Below the pieces are notes generated by a model. It was not told the DNA's origin. It did no database searches and saw nothing but the letters and a program-made list of their open reading frames with translations. Position numbers and translations under genes: made by a program. DNA of 64,000 nucleotides, from positions 1,096 through 65,095 of the forward strand of contig PCYM01000001.1 in the NCBI GenBank assembly GCA_002774875.1, written 5' to 3'. Source of the DNA: Candidatus Uhrbacteria bacterium CG10_big_fil_rev_8_21_14_0_10_50_16 (GTDB lineage Bacteria > Patescibacteriota > Patescibacteriia > UBA9934 > UBA11717). This document shows, in pieces, positions 1 to 10,058 of the stretch (within the stretch, counting starts at the first letter, position 1; each line of letters starts with the position of its first letter).

Positions 1-160
1 TTAGTGATCTATATAAATTTTTGCCCCTACATTATTCTTTCTTTGTTCCTGACTCAAATTACATATAACTGGTTATTATCTGAACTAACTGTGAATAAGT
101 GTATCGAATGCGTTGGATATGCGCAATTGACATTTTTTCATTTTCTGCCATACTCGCCCC

Positions 161-1285
161 ATGTTTACACGCATCAAACAATCCACTATCTCCAAGGCGC
201 GACGCGGGGAACTCGCGACCACACACGGCACTCTACAGACGCCGTTTTTTATGACGATAGCCACCAAGGGTGCGGTGCGTGCCATGAACGTGCGAGATCT
301 CAAACGCATTCATGTTCCCATAGTTCTTGCAAACACGTATCACTTGCTTGTGCGACCAGGTATGGACGCCTTGCGCGAACGTGGAGGATTGCACAAATGG
401 ATGCACTGGGACGGTCCCATGCTCACTGACAGTGGTGGGTACCAAGTGTTTAGTTTGGGACATCGACGCAAGGTGACAGAGGAAGGTGTGACGTTTCGAT
501 CACACATTGATGGAAGTAAAATCTCCCTCACACCCGAGGAGTCGATTGCCATGCAGCAAGCGATTGGATCGGATATGATCATGCAGCTTGATGTTGTTGA
601 ACCACCGACGGTGAGCGATAAACGTCGTGCCTATGCCATGGAGCGATCCATTCGATGGGCCAAGCGTTGCAAGGACTATTTATATGCACATCGGGATCAA
701 TCCGTTACAGCGGATCAAAAACTCTTTGGAATTGTGCAAGGTGGCGTAGATGAAGCGCTGCGCACACGATCCGTTGCGGGTCTCACGGCGTTGGATCTTG
801 ACGGGTACGCCATTGGAGGCCTCTCTGTGGGCGAATCCAAGGAAGACAATTTGCGTATTGCGGCGTTTACGGCAAGCCTCTTACCGCAAGACAAGGTGCG
901 ATATTTTATGGGTGGTGGAATGCCCGAGGAGATTGTTGCCTATGTGCGCATGGGGATCGACATGTTTGATTGCGTGATTCCAACGCGCCACGCACGGCAT
1001 GGGTCACTTTTTGTGTGGAATGGGAATCCGACACCGGAGTTAATCGCGAGCGGAGATTTTTATACAAAAATTAATATCGTGAATGCCGAGTATCGCAACA
1101 GCGATGATCCGATTGATTCATGGAATAATTGCGACGCCTCACAAGCCTACACACGTGGGTATTTGCGACACTTGTTTGGACTCAAAGAGGCACTTGGTAC
1201 GCAATTGGCGACGGAGCATAATGTGCGTTTTTACATGCAATTAATGGAGGTAATCAGACAGGGAATTGAAGAAGGGGTTTTGTAG
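161..1285 (+). CDS. tgt: tRNA-guanine transglycosylase (queuine tRNA-ribosyltransferase)
   Basis: Motifs TPFFM, LANTYHL, LTDSGGYQVFSL, FGIVQGG, GYAIGGLSVGE, DMFDCVIPTR. Confidence 0.95.
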   Translation: MFTRIKQSTISKARRGELATTHGTLQTPFFMTIATKGAVRAMNVRDLKRIHVPIVLANTYHLLVRPGMDALRERGGLHKWMHWDGPMLTDSGGYQVFSLGHRRKVTEEGVTFRSHIDGSKISLTPEESIAMQQAIGSDMIMQLDVVEPPTVSDKRRAYAMERSIRWAKRCKDYLYAHRDQSVTADQKLFGIVQGGVDEALRTRSVAGLTALDLDGYAIGGLSVGESKEDNLRIAAFTASLLPQDKVRYFMGGGMPEEIVAYVRMGIDMFDCVIPTRHARHGSLFVWNGNPTPELIASGDFYTKINIVNAEYRNSDDPIDSWNNCDASQAYTRGYLRHLFGLKEALGTQLATEHNVRFYMQLMEVIRQGIEEGVL

Positions 1286-1357
1286 GGTGTTTCTGTGGAA
1301 AACTCTTTTTCTTTACAGGGTTGTTTTTGCTATACTGTCGGCATACTTAATCTCTCT

Positions 1358-4300
1358 ATGTTCATCATTCGATCGTTCCCGAAGTATTTAGTTGCTTGTC
1401 TCATTTTGTTATTTTTTGGATTGTTTTTTGGGGTCTTAGACGCCTCCGCCGCAAATAGATATTGGGTGGGAGCTTCTACGACTTTCAACACGACGGGCAA
1501 CTGGTCAACATCAAGCGGTGGCGCAAGCGGAGCGTCTGTTCCGGGTTCCAGCGACATTGCAATTTTTGATGGTGGAAGTGCACAGGCGGTGAGCCTGGAT
1601 GCAACAACGTTGAGCGGTTTAGATATTCAAGCCGCGTACGGTGGAACGGTTACGGCTCCTGCTGGAACACTTATCCTTATGGTGAGTTTTAGTGATGCAG
1701 CTGGTGCCTTTGTGCATAACAATGGAACCGTTCAAATTCGGACTGGCAGTGGTGCATATTTTGATTTTAATAGCAACGCAATTCTTTATAATTTAGTGAG
1801 CTTAAATGGCGCCAATTACGGAAATAGAATGAATACGTTTACCGTAAAGGTTACAGGAACATTAACGCACGGCGATGGAAGTAGCTCTGGAGGTATTTGG
1901 CAGACGGGGACATTACGGGTTGAAGGTGATTTTACTGTTGCGAAACTTGCGGATACTTACCAAATCAATAATGGAACGGGACTGATTCAATTTACGGGTT
2001 CTAATAATCAGTCATTTACTACAACAGACACCACGGACACCTTCGGGGCCCCTGTTGAGGTCAATAAAACAAGTGGAACGCTAACGCTGAATAGTGCGTT
2101 TGATTTTACTGGAGCAAGCATGACGTTCACGGTAACAGCGGGTACCGTAGACATGTCTACCTCCTCCATGACGGATGTATATAATCTTTATATTAACGGT
2201 GGAACCTTTATTCATGGATCTGGGACGTTAACAACAAAGGGGACGACGAATGCCCTGCAGGTGAATGGAGGAACGTTTACGGGAGGATCCGGTGATGTTA
2301 ATTTTGCTTCCGGTGGAGAATTGGAAATAGATAGTGGAACCTTTACGGCTCCAACGGGAAATCTAGCTCTCTCTTCAACACTGCACGTTGCGAGTGCAGG
2401 GGCGACGTTTAACCACAACAATGGAACGATTACATCAACGACATCAACTCACTTGAATATTGAGGTAGAAGGAGGGGTCGGAACGATTACAGTCTATAAC
2501 TTAACGCTTAACAAAGCTGGAGGATATAGTTTGAGTGTAAACGGGAGCTCAACGTTGGTCGTGCAAGGAACTCTTACACGAACGGCGGGACGTTTGAGTG
2601 AATCATCTTCGGCAACGTATCCTTTGCAAATAGAAGGAAATTTGGATTTTGATGCTGTTGAAACAAATGGAACCTCGACTCTTCTCGTGACAGGTTCGGG
2701 AACGCAGACACTCGATTTTGCAGATCCTGCTTCTTGGGATACGAATATCTTTGTGAACAAGTCGGGCGGGTCTGTCTCGTTGCTAACGGGGCTCACATTG
2801 AATGCGGCGAGTAACAATAACCTCACCATTCAAGAGGGGCGATTCAATGTGAATGGTCAGACCTTGTCCGTTGGGGGCACGTTGTCCGTGGAGAGTGGTG
2901 GAGACTACGCCATGACGGGAGACGAATCTGCTCCAGCACCCACGCTGGCTTCTGGCAGTATCGTAACCTATGTTGCAACTTCCGGTGCTCGAACGATTAA
3001 GGACTACGATTACAGTGCTTCAACATTGGCGTTTGATGGAGTTGGTGGGGTGTTTATTATGACCGTTGGAGGTGAAACAGTCGCTAATCTTACGATTACA
3101 AATGGATCGTTCTACCTCAATGGAGACAACCTAACGGTCACGGGAACCTTTTCTAACGACGATACCCTTATTTTGAGTGGTGATGAGACAACCGTCTCCT
3201 ATACAAACGATACAGATTCTGGAACGGTTGAATACAAGGGGGCTGTAACGGCTGCAAGCTTAAAAGGAGGGAATTCGTATTATAATCTTGCCTTTGTAAA
3301 TCCGAGTGGTAGTTGGACGGCGGCCGCTCCCGTTGATATTAATGGGTCACTTACGGTTACATCGGGAACCTTTAATACGGGAGGTTATGCAGTTACGTTG
3401 GCGGGTAATTTTACGAACGCGGCAACGTTTACACAATCGAGCGGGACACTCACCTTGGATGGGACAAATCAGACCCTATCTGGCTCCACAACGTTTTATA
3501 ATCTCACAAAGAATGTTAGCTCGGCGGCAACATTGACGTTTACTGCGGGGCAAACGTTTACCGTGTCGAATAACCTTGATCTTCAAGGAGCGTCCGGACA
3601 AGTCTTATCACTTGTTTCGAGTACGCCGACCACGGCCATTAATATGTCTGCGGCCGGCACGGTAACGGCGCAGTATCTCAACGTGTCAGACAATAACAAT
3701 ACAGGCTCCACGATTAATTGTGTGGTGGGTTGTGTGAAGGGAACCGGGAACACAGGATGGATGTTTGCTTCTTCTGCAACACCTTCCTCTGTGACGTATC
3801 AAGACACGGACGTAGACGGGGTTGTGGACCGTGTCATTATTGATTTTGGTTCGGCTGTTTCGATTGTGGGCACACTTTCTAATACACGCTTTACTTGGGT
3901 GAGTTCAACAGGAGCGAATGGTTTTGGTGGATCATTGACAGGAAACGCTTCCGTTGTTAGTGGAGACGTTGTTATTACAATCACAGGTTCAGAAACAGAT
4001 GATACGAGCCACACAACACAACCAACACTTGCTTATAGCGATAACTCAACAGATGGAACGAATTACATTGCGGATGCAAGCGGTGACCTTATTCTCACGT
4101 TTGGTGCGACAAACGCCGCGGACGGCGCATCACCTATTCTTGTATCTTCTAACCCAGCAGACGCAGACACAAGTGTCGCAAACAATGCAACGATCGCGCT
4201 TACGTTTTCTGAACCAATAAATACGGGAACGTTTGCCTATTCGTGTTGTGGAGTAGGAACAGACCCTGGACGTTCCGGAGTGTGGACAGTGTCTAATACG

Positions 4301-5266
4301 GTCTATACCGTTACCCCAACCGCTAATTGGACAGGAGGAAACACAATTACGATCGACATAACGACATCTGCAGACACAACAGGAAACGCGTTTGGCGGAG
4401 CGGGCTCTGGTGCTACGGATCCATTTACCTTTACAGTCGCACGTAACACGGGTGGGACACCAACACCGGGTGCAGGTCCGGATGCCACGGTAACAACGGC
4501 ACAACTGATAGCACCAAATGGAGGAGAGCAACTTGTGGGCGGGCAGATTGTAACTATTTCTTGGTCGGCGTCGGGTGATAAACTCACAACGATTAAACTC
4601 ACCTACACCCTAGACCAGGGTCGAACCTACAAATTAATCGCGGAGAACGAGGAGAACGATGGAGAATATCGTTGGACCGTTCCAAACATTACAGCAGCTG
4701 CCGTATATGCAAGGGTATCAGGAATCACGACAACAGGAGGGGAGTTGGTAAGCGATGGCTCAAACGCAAACTTTTCCGTCATAGCAAGTGCGGATACACC
4801 AATAGAAAATGTGGATGATATTCCAAGTGTACCAGTTGATACGTCGACACCTGTTGCAATTATGCAGCGTATTGATGGAACGTTTGTAGAATTACGTGCA
4901 GGAAACCTATTCCGCGGAGAGACGTTATCTGGTGTGTACTTGGTGCGCAACGGGAAGCGTTACGTGTTCCCATCTGAGTCCGTCTACTTCTCTTATTACG
5001 ACTCATTTAGCAACATTGTGATGGTGAAGGATAGTCAGTTAAAGGCGTTGGATATTGGTGGACGCGTAACCATGGCGCCCGGGCGGATGATCAAAATTCA
5101 ATCGGATAACCATGTGTATCAAGTGCAGGAAGACGGCACGATCCGTCACATCCCAGACGAGGCAACGGCAAGAAGCCTTTACGGGGACACGTGGAACAAA
5201 CAGATTACCGATATAAATGTGACGTTCTGGTTCGATTATCCACGTGGAGATGCACTAACAACATAA
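1358..5266 (+). CDS. Large secreted/surface Gly-Thr-Ser-rich repeat protein (beta-solenoid repeats, Ig-like domains, CPR-type C-terminal domain)
   Basis: Signal peptide after ATG 1358 (extended -10 TGcTATACT at 1328-1336); RYWVG..WS..SGG..GASVP N-terminal motif; GT-rich repeats; SbsA-like Ig (TFSEPI); PNGGE domain. Confidence 0.8.
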   Translation: MFIIRSFPKYLVACLILLFFGLFFGVLDASAANRYWVGASTTFNTTGNWSTSSGGASGASVPGSSDIAIFDGGSAQAVSLDATTLSGLDIQAAYGGTVTAPAGTLILMVSFSDAAGAFVHNNGTVQIRTGSGAYFDFNSNAILYNLVSLNGANYGNRMNTFTVKVTGTLTHGDGSSSGGIWQTGTLRVEGDFTVAKLADTYQINNGTGLIQFTGSNNQSFTTTDTTDTFGAPVEVNKTSGTLTLNSAFDFTGASMTFTVTAGTVDMSTSSMTDVYNLYINGGTFIHGSGTLTTKGTTNALQVNGGTFTGGSGDVNFASGGELEIDSGTFTAPTGNLALSSTLHVASAGATFNHNNGTITSTTSTHLNIEVEGGVGTITVYNLTLNKAGGYSLSVNGSSTLVVQGTLTRTAGRLSESSSATYPLQIEGNLDFDAVETNGTSTLLVTGSGTQTLDFADPASWDTNIFVNKSGGSVSLLTGLTLNAASNNNLTIQEGRFNVNGQTLSVGGTLSVESGGDYAMTGDESAPAPTLASGSIVTYVATSGARTIKDYDYSASTLAFDGVGGVFIMTVGGETVANLTITNGSFYLNGDNLTVTGTFSNDDTLILSGDETTVSYTNDTDSGTVEYKGAVTAASLKGGNSYYNLAFVNPSGSWTAAAPVDINGSLTVTSGTFNTGGYAVTLAGNFTNAATFTQSSGTLTLDGTNQTLSGSTTFYNLTKNVSSAATLTFTAGQTFTVSNNLDLQGASGQVLSLVSSTPTTAINMSAAGTVTAQYLNVSDNNNTGSTINCVVGCVKGTGNTGWMFASSATPSSVTYQDTDVDGVVDRVIIDFGSAVSIVGTLSNTRFTWVSSTGANGFGGSLTGNASVVSGDVVITITGSETDDTSHTTQPTLAYSDNSTDGTNYIADASGDLILTFGATNAADGASPILVSSNPADADTSVANNATIALTFSEPINTGTFAYSCCGVGTDPGRSGVWTVSNTVYTVTPTANWTGGNTITIDITTSADTTGNAFGGAGSGATDPFTFTVARNTGGTPTPGAGPDATVTTAQLIAPNGGEQLVGGQIVTISWSASGDKLTTIKLTYTLDQGRTYKLIAENEENDGEYRWTVPNITAAAVYARVSGITTTGGELVSDGSNANFSVIASADTPIENVDDIPSVPVDTSTPVAIMQRIDGTFVELRAGNLFRGETLSGVYLVRNGKRYVFPSESVYFSYYDSFSNIVMVKDSQLKALDIGGRVTMAPGRMIKIQSDNHVYQVQEDGTIRHIPDEATARSLYGDTWNKQITDINVTFWFDYPRGDALTT

Positions 5267-5336
5267 GACTACCCACACCCCCGTTGCTGCAGTGTTCGGG
5301 GGTTTTGGTATACTGTACCTATTGCAAATCAATCGT

Positions 5337-5714
5337 ATGGCGCAGCCACTGGTGGTACAAGCAGCAAAGCTTTTTTTGGTCGACCTCGTGGGCGGCGTTT
5401 TAGGGTTTCCGGTTTGGTGGTATTCCAAAGGGGTTGTGCGCTGGTCGCGTTTTATGTGGGATTGGTATGAGACCTATCGTGCAACATTGGCCGTGGATGT
5501 GTGGGTGAAGAACTGGTTTGTTCCCATGTACGGGTCTTATGATATCCCCGGTCGTTTGATTAGTTTTTTTATGCGTACCGTGATGATTGTTTTGCGCTCC
5601 CTGCTACTGCTTTTAGTGAGTTGTCTGATGATCATCATATACTGCATCTACTTCATTCTACCTCCGATCGTTGTTGTTGCAATTGTCTATAACGCTTACG
5701 GACTGTTTCTCTAG
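5337..5714 (+). CDS. Small membrane protein upstream of the Clp ATPase
   Basis: FPVWWYS and WFVPMYG motifs, two hydrophobic segments; ends 2 nt before the next gene. Confidence 0.75.
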   Translation: MAQPLVVQAAKLFLVDLVGGVLGFPVWWYSKGVVRWSRFMWDWYETYRATLAVDVWVKNWFVPMYGSYDIPGRLISFFMRTVMIVLRSLLLLLVSCLMIIIYCIYFILPPIVVVAIVYNAYGLFL

Positions 5715-5716
5715 GT

Positions 5717-8455
5717 ATGGAAGAACAAAAAGATGTACAACCAAATGAGACGGACTTACTGGTAAATCTTCCGTTTATCTCGGCAAGTGAAGACCGCCCG
5801 CATGATTTTGGTGTCCTCGTGGACAATACGTTCTTTGTTTGGAATGATCGATTAGACATTGGCTCCAGAAAACTTCGAAAGGCAAAACGGTCCGTTGATG
5901 CGTTTATTACGTTTATAGCGATTCTTGTGACAGGCATCTGTTTTGCACTCTTTTTGGTATCAACGTTTGTTTTGTTGCCTCCAAGTGTTTGGCAGGCACT
6001 GCCGTTTTGGACGGATCCTTCCTCGGTGCAATTGTTATTGTGGCTGACGGTTGCAGGAGTTATGTATGTGGCTTATCGCCGAGCTCTGGCAAAACGTGAG
6101 CCTCAGGAATCTGGCGCACGTGTTGATGTATCGCTTCACCCACTACAAACCACTTGGGAGGCGGCAAAGGAGATGCAGGATAAACCATGGGTGGATATTG
6201 GATCTCGTTGTACACAAGAGGCATGGAAGGGGTTAGAGGACGCTGCGTTACTGGCAGAGCGTCTTAGCCATCGCTACGTGGGGCTTTTGCATGTGTTTGC
6301 AGGCCAGCTTTCGCAACCAAGCGTTGGTCATTTATTCGCACGTCTTGGAATAAACTTTGATCAAATTAAGGATTCGCTTACCCATAAACTCGCGGAGTAT
6401 CCAAAAGCACAACCTGGCGAGGCAATGGCGGATCGTTTGGATCCCTTGGGTCAGCGTGCCATCTTGGGTGCAGCCGTACACGCGGCGATGCACGGGCGGA
6501 CCGTTATTACTCCGGTGGATGTATTTGTGAGTACCTACCGTAACTCGCCATTTTTGCAGGAGTTATTCTATGGTGTGGATATCAAAGAGGAGGCGATGGA
6601 GAACGTGCTGGCGTGGTTACAAATACGAGAAAATCTTCGTGCGCGGTGGCAGATGTTTAGAAAGGCAAGTTTTCTTAAACCGACGGGGAACATGAACCGA
6701 TCCATGACGGCCGTGGCGACCCCCTTGCTTGATCGTGTCAGTACGGATCTTACGTCGCAGGCGGCGCGAGCGGGGTTACCTATGTTGATCGGTCGTGAGA
6801 CAGAGATGGAGCGTGTGTTACGAGTTTTTGAAAGTGGTGGACGGAGCGTCGTGCTGGTGGGACAACCGGGAATCGGCAAACAAGCAATCATAGACGGAAT
6901 CGCGGAACGGATGGTAAAAGAAGACGTTCCCGATTTACTAAAGGATCGACGGCTCGTAAGTATTGACGTAGGACGGCTTGTGGCGGGTGCCACGCCAGCG
7001 CAGGCGGAGGAGCGTTTATTGTTGGCGTTAAATGAAGTTGGACGTTCCGGAAACATTGCGCTTGCGATTCCCAATATCGACGATTTGGTAGGTATTACGG
7101 CGGGCAGTGCGCAAAGCCTTGATTTGTCCTCGTTGCTCGCACAGGAATTGGAGAAAGGATATTTTGTACTCATTGCCACTACGACACCAGCGGCGTACAG
7201 AGATGCCATTGAAGGTTCTGCCTTGGCCAGTAGCCTTACGAAGGTAGATTTGGACGAGCCAAATAAAAATGAGGCGATTCAGATTATTGAGGCAAAGGTT
7301 GGAAAGCCTGAGGCAGAGCAGGGGGTATTGTTCTCGTATGAGGCGGTTGAGGCGCTTGTGGATCTAACCGCGCGGTATTTGCATGACCAATTCTTGCCGG
7401 ATAAGGCCATACGCCTCATGGAGGAGACAGCCCTCATGGTAAAGCAGAGTCGAGGATTAGGTGCAACGATTACCAAGCAAGATGTTGCCCAAATTGTGTC
7501 GGTAGCTGCCAAGGTTCCATTAACCGCGGTTTCTCAGGATGAAAAAGAAAAACTCCTCGCCCTAGAGGTAAATCTACATACGCGAGTGATTGGTCAATCA
7601 GAGGCAGTGAACATGGTGTCGGCGGCGTTGCGTCGTGCGCGTGCGGAAATGCGCTCTGGCCGACGTCCAATTGCTAACTTCTTGTTTTTGGGTCCAACGG
7701 GAGTCGGTAAAACAGAGCTTTCAAAAGCCATCGCGGCAACCTACTTTGGTAATGAGGAGGCTATGGTGCGTTTGGATATGTCGGAGTATCAGGATTCATC
7801 GAGTATCCACAGACTCATTGGCGTACCAGGTTCGCGACAAGGCGGATTGTTTACCGAGGCGGTGCGCAAGCAACCGTTTGGACTCATTTTGTTAGATGAG
7901 TTGGAAAAGGCGCATCCAGAAATTTTGAATGTTTTTTTGCAGGTATTTGACGATGGACGGCTTACAGATGCAGCGGGCCGAACGGTCGATTTTACGCAAA
8001 CAATTATTGTCGCCACGTCCAATGCGGGGTCTCAGTATATTCAGGAACAGGTTAAACAAGGAACGCCGATGGATCAAATTAAGACGCACCTCATGGAAGA
8101 GGAGTTATCGCAGTATTATCGACCAGAGTTTTTGAACCGGTTTGATGGCGTGGTGGTCTTTACGCCGCTGACCATGGAGGATGTGATGGCTATTGCAGGG
8201 CTTATGCTCGGTGGCGTCCGAAAGCGATTGGATGACAAGGGGATTGTGTTTACGGTGTCTGATGCGGCACTTAAAGAGCTTGCGGTGGCCGGTTATGATC
8301 CGCAGTTTGGGGCACGTCCTCTGCGCCGTGTGATTCAAGAAAAAGTCGAAGACCCACTTGCAACCTTGTTATTGGAAGGGAAGGTAGGGAGACGCGATAC
8401 AGTGGTATTGGATGCAGGTGGGGAAATGCGTGTCGATAAAGCACCGGCGCTATGA
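5717..8455 (+). CDS. ClpA/B/C-family AAA+ ATPase with N-terminal transmembrane helices
   Basis: Clp-N-like repeats; Walker A GQPGIGK and GPTGVGKT; RLDMSEY, LLDELEKAH, RPEFLNRFD, FGARPLRR. Confidence 0.92.
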   Translation: MEEQKDVQPNETDLLVNLPFISASEDRPHDFGVLVDNTFFVWNDRLDIGSRKLRKAKRSVDAFITFIAILVTGICFALFLVSTFVLLPPSVWQALPFWTDPSSVQLLLWLTVAGVMYVAYRRALAKREPQESGARVDVSLHPLQTTWEAAKEMQDKPWVDIGSRCTQEAWKGLEDAALLAERLSHRYVGLLHVFAGQLSQPSVGHLFARLGINFDQIKDSLTHKLAEYPKAQPGEAMADRLDPLGQRAILGAAVHAAMHGRTVITPVDVFVSTYRNSPFLQELFYGVDIKEEAMENVLAWLQIRENLRARWQMFRKASFLKPTGNMNRSMTAVATPLLDRVSTDLTSQAARAGLPMLIGRETEMERVLRVFESGGRSVVLVGQPGIGKQAIIDGIAERMVKEDVPDLLKDRRLVSIDVGRLVAGATPAQAEERLLLALNEVGRSGNIALAIPNIDDLVGITAGSAQSLDLSSLLAQELEKGYFVLIATTTPAAYRDAIEGSALASSLTKVDLDEPNKNEAIQIIEAKVGKPEAEQGVLFSYEAVEALVDLTARYLHDQFLPDKAIRLMEETALMVKQSRGLGATITKQDVAQIVSVAAKVPLTAVSQDEKEKLLALEVNLHTRVIGQSEAVNMVSAALRRARAEMRSGRRPIANFLFLGPTGVGKTELSKAIAATYFGNEEAMVRLDMSEYQDSSSIHRLIGVPGSRQGGLFTEAVRKQPFGLILLDELEKAHPEILNVFLQVFDDGRLTDAAGRTVDFTQTIIVATSNAGSQYIQEQVKQGTPMDQIKTHLMEEELSQYYRPEFLNRFDGVVVFTPLTMEDVMAIAGLMLGGVRKRLDDKGIVFTVSDAALKELAVAGYDPQFGARPLRRVIQEKVEDPLATLLLEGKVGRRDTVVLDAGGEMRVDKAPAL

Positions 8456-9528
8456 CCTGGCTCGTAGGTGGTGCGAGTTTTCTGCTTGCTGCAAGCTTAG
8501 CACCAATGGTGGGTGCTTTGGCAACGCGATGGGGGATTGTTGATCACGTCAAAGAACGAGGTCGCAAGGTGCACCGTCGTACAACGCCGCTCATGGGGGG
8601 TGTTGCCGTGCTGGTGGCTACGATTATGACCGTTCTGATTGTCCTCATACGTTCAGACCTATTAACGAGCGGCCGTGTGACAACGGCACATTACGTTGGT
8701 CTATTGCTTGCTGGATGCGTGTTGATGATCGGCGGCGTTTTGGATGATAAATATAATCTGTCGCCAAAAATTCAGCTACTGTTTCCGGTTGCGGCGGCGC
8801 TGGTGGCTATTGCAGGCGGACTTGGAATTGAGAAGATCACGAACCCCTTTGGCGGATTTGTCTGGTTTGAGACCGTTACGTGGAATCTGTTTGCGCTTGG
8901 TCCGCACATGGTAGCCGTGAGTTGGCCTGGGGATGTGTTTGTTTTTTTGTGGCTGCTTGGCATGATGTTTACCGTCAAACTACTGGATGGATTGGATGGA
9001 CTTGCAACAAGTATCGGATCGGTAGGTGTGTTGATGGTGCTCTTGCTCGCAGGTACGACGGCGTATTTTCAACCAGACGTCGTGGTGCTGTCGGCGATTA
9101 TTCTTGGTGCATTTTTGGGGTTTCTTGTTTGGAATGTGCATCCTGCGCAACTGTTTCTGGGTGAGGGTGGGGCCTTGCTCGTTGGATTTTTTCTTGGGGC
9201 ACTGGCGATTATCTCGGGTGGGAAGATTGCAACACTCTTGCTGGTCATGGGGATTCCGATACTCGATGTTGCGTGGGTGATGTTTCGTCGTCTTCGCTCG
9301 GGGAAAGACGTGAGTAAAGGGGATCGACTTCATTTGCATCACCGTCTGTACGATTTCGGATTGAGTCAGAGGCAGGTGGTAGGTCTCTACACGCTCCTTG
9401 CTCTGGGATTTGGATCGTTGACACTTGTGTTACCGAGCTTTGCAAAATTGATCGCCCTGGTTTGCCTCATGTTTTTTACATTGATTGGCGCGTACGCGCT
9501 CTTGATTGTTGAGGGGGAAAGACGGTAA
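8452..9528 (+). CDS. MraY/WecA/TagO-family polyprenyl-phosphate GlcNAc-1-phosphate transferase
   Basis: TPLMGG, GVLDD, LDGLDGLA, FLGEGG, HLHHRL; multiple TM segments. Confidence 0.9.
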   Translation: MTWLVGGASFLLAASLAPMVGALATRWGIVDHVKERGRKVHRRTTPLMGGVAVLVATIMTVLIVLIRSDLLTSGRVTTAHYVGLLLAGCVLMIGGVLDDKYNLSPKIQLLFPVAAALVAIAGGLGIEKITNPFGGFVWFETVTWNLFALGPHMVAVSWPGDVFVFLWLLGMMFTVKLLDGLDGLATSIGSVGVLMVLLLAGTTAYFQPDVVVLSAIILGAFLGFLVWNVHPAQLFLGEGGALLVGFFLGALAIISGGKIATLLLVMGIPILDVAWVMFRRLRSGKDVSKGDRLHLHHRLYDFGLSQRQVVGLYTLLALGFGSLTLVLPSFAKLIALVCLMFFTLIGAYALLIVEGERR

Positions 9529-9554
9529 GATCGGCTTAATCTATAACTATTTCT

Positions 9555-10019
9555 ATGAACATACATCAACGCATTGGAGGAATCTTTATCGCTTTAACTC
9601 TTTTGGGGGCTGGATGCTCTGGCGCGGATTCATCTGTCGCCGAAGGGAATCGGGCAATCATCCATTTGCCAAACGGAAAAACGATTCAAGTGGAAGTTGC
9701 AAGAACGCCGAGTGAGCAGGCAGAAGGTTTGTCGGAGCGCACATCGCTTAAGGGCGGGATGCTCTTTTGTATGGATATAACAAAGCAACAGAATTTTTGG
9801 ATGCTGGGGATGAAGATGCCGATCGACATGGTGTGGATTCATGGCGGAGAAGTGCGTGGTGTGTCTGCAAACGTACCTGTGCGAGAGAAGGATGACTGGG
9901 CGCGCCGTTCAAGTAATGAACCTGTGAATATGGTCTTGGAATTGCCAGCGGGCGCGGCTGAGGGGTTTGGACTAGAGCCTGGCGTGATGTTGGAGGACAC
10001 GGTGAGCGCGTGTGGATAA
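9555..10019 (+). CDS. DUF192-family lipoprotein
   Basis: Lipobox LGAGC; VEVARTP..GLS.R, GMLF, FWM..M..PIDMVWI, VLELPAG. Confidence 0.85.
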   Translation: MNIHQRIGGIFIALTLLGAGCSGADSSVAEGNRAIIHLPNGKTIQVEVARTPSEQAEGLSERTSLKGGMLFCMDITKQQNFWMLGMKMPIDMVWIHGGEVRGVSANVPVREKDDWARRSSNEPVNMVLELPAGAAEGFGLEPGVMLEDTVSACG

Positions 10020-10058
10020 GAAAATCATTAAACGCGCTATACTAAACAAAACAAAACT

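Noticed and set aside
1-160. AT-rich stretch with one DnaA-box-like TGTGAATAA (others near 10011, 14088, 49541)
   Set aside because: The boxes are isolated; there is no cluster or dnaA gene in the window to support oriC.
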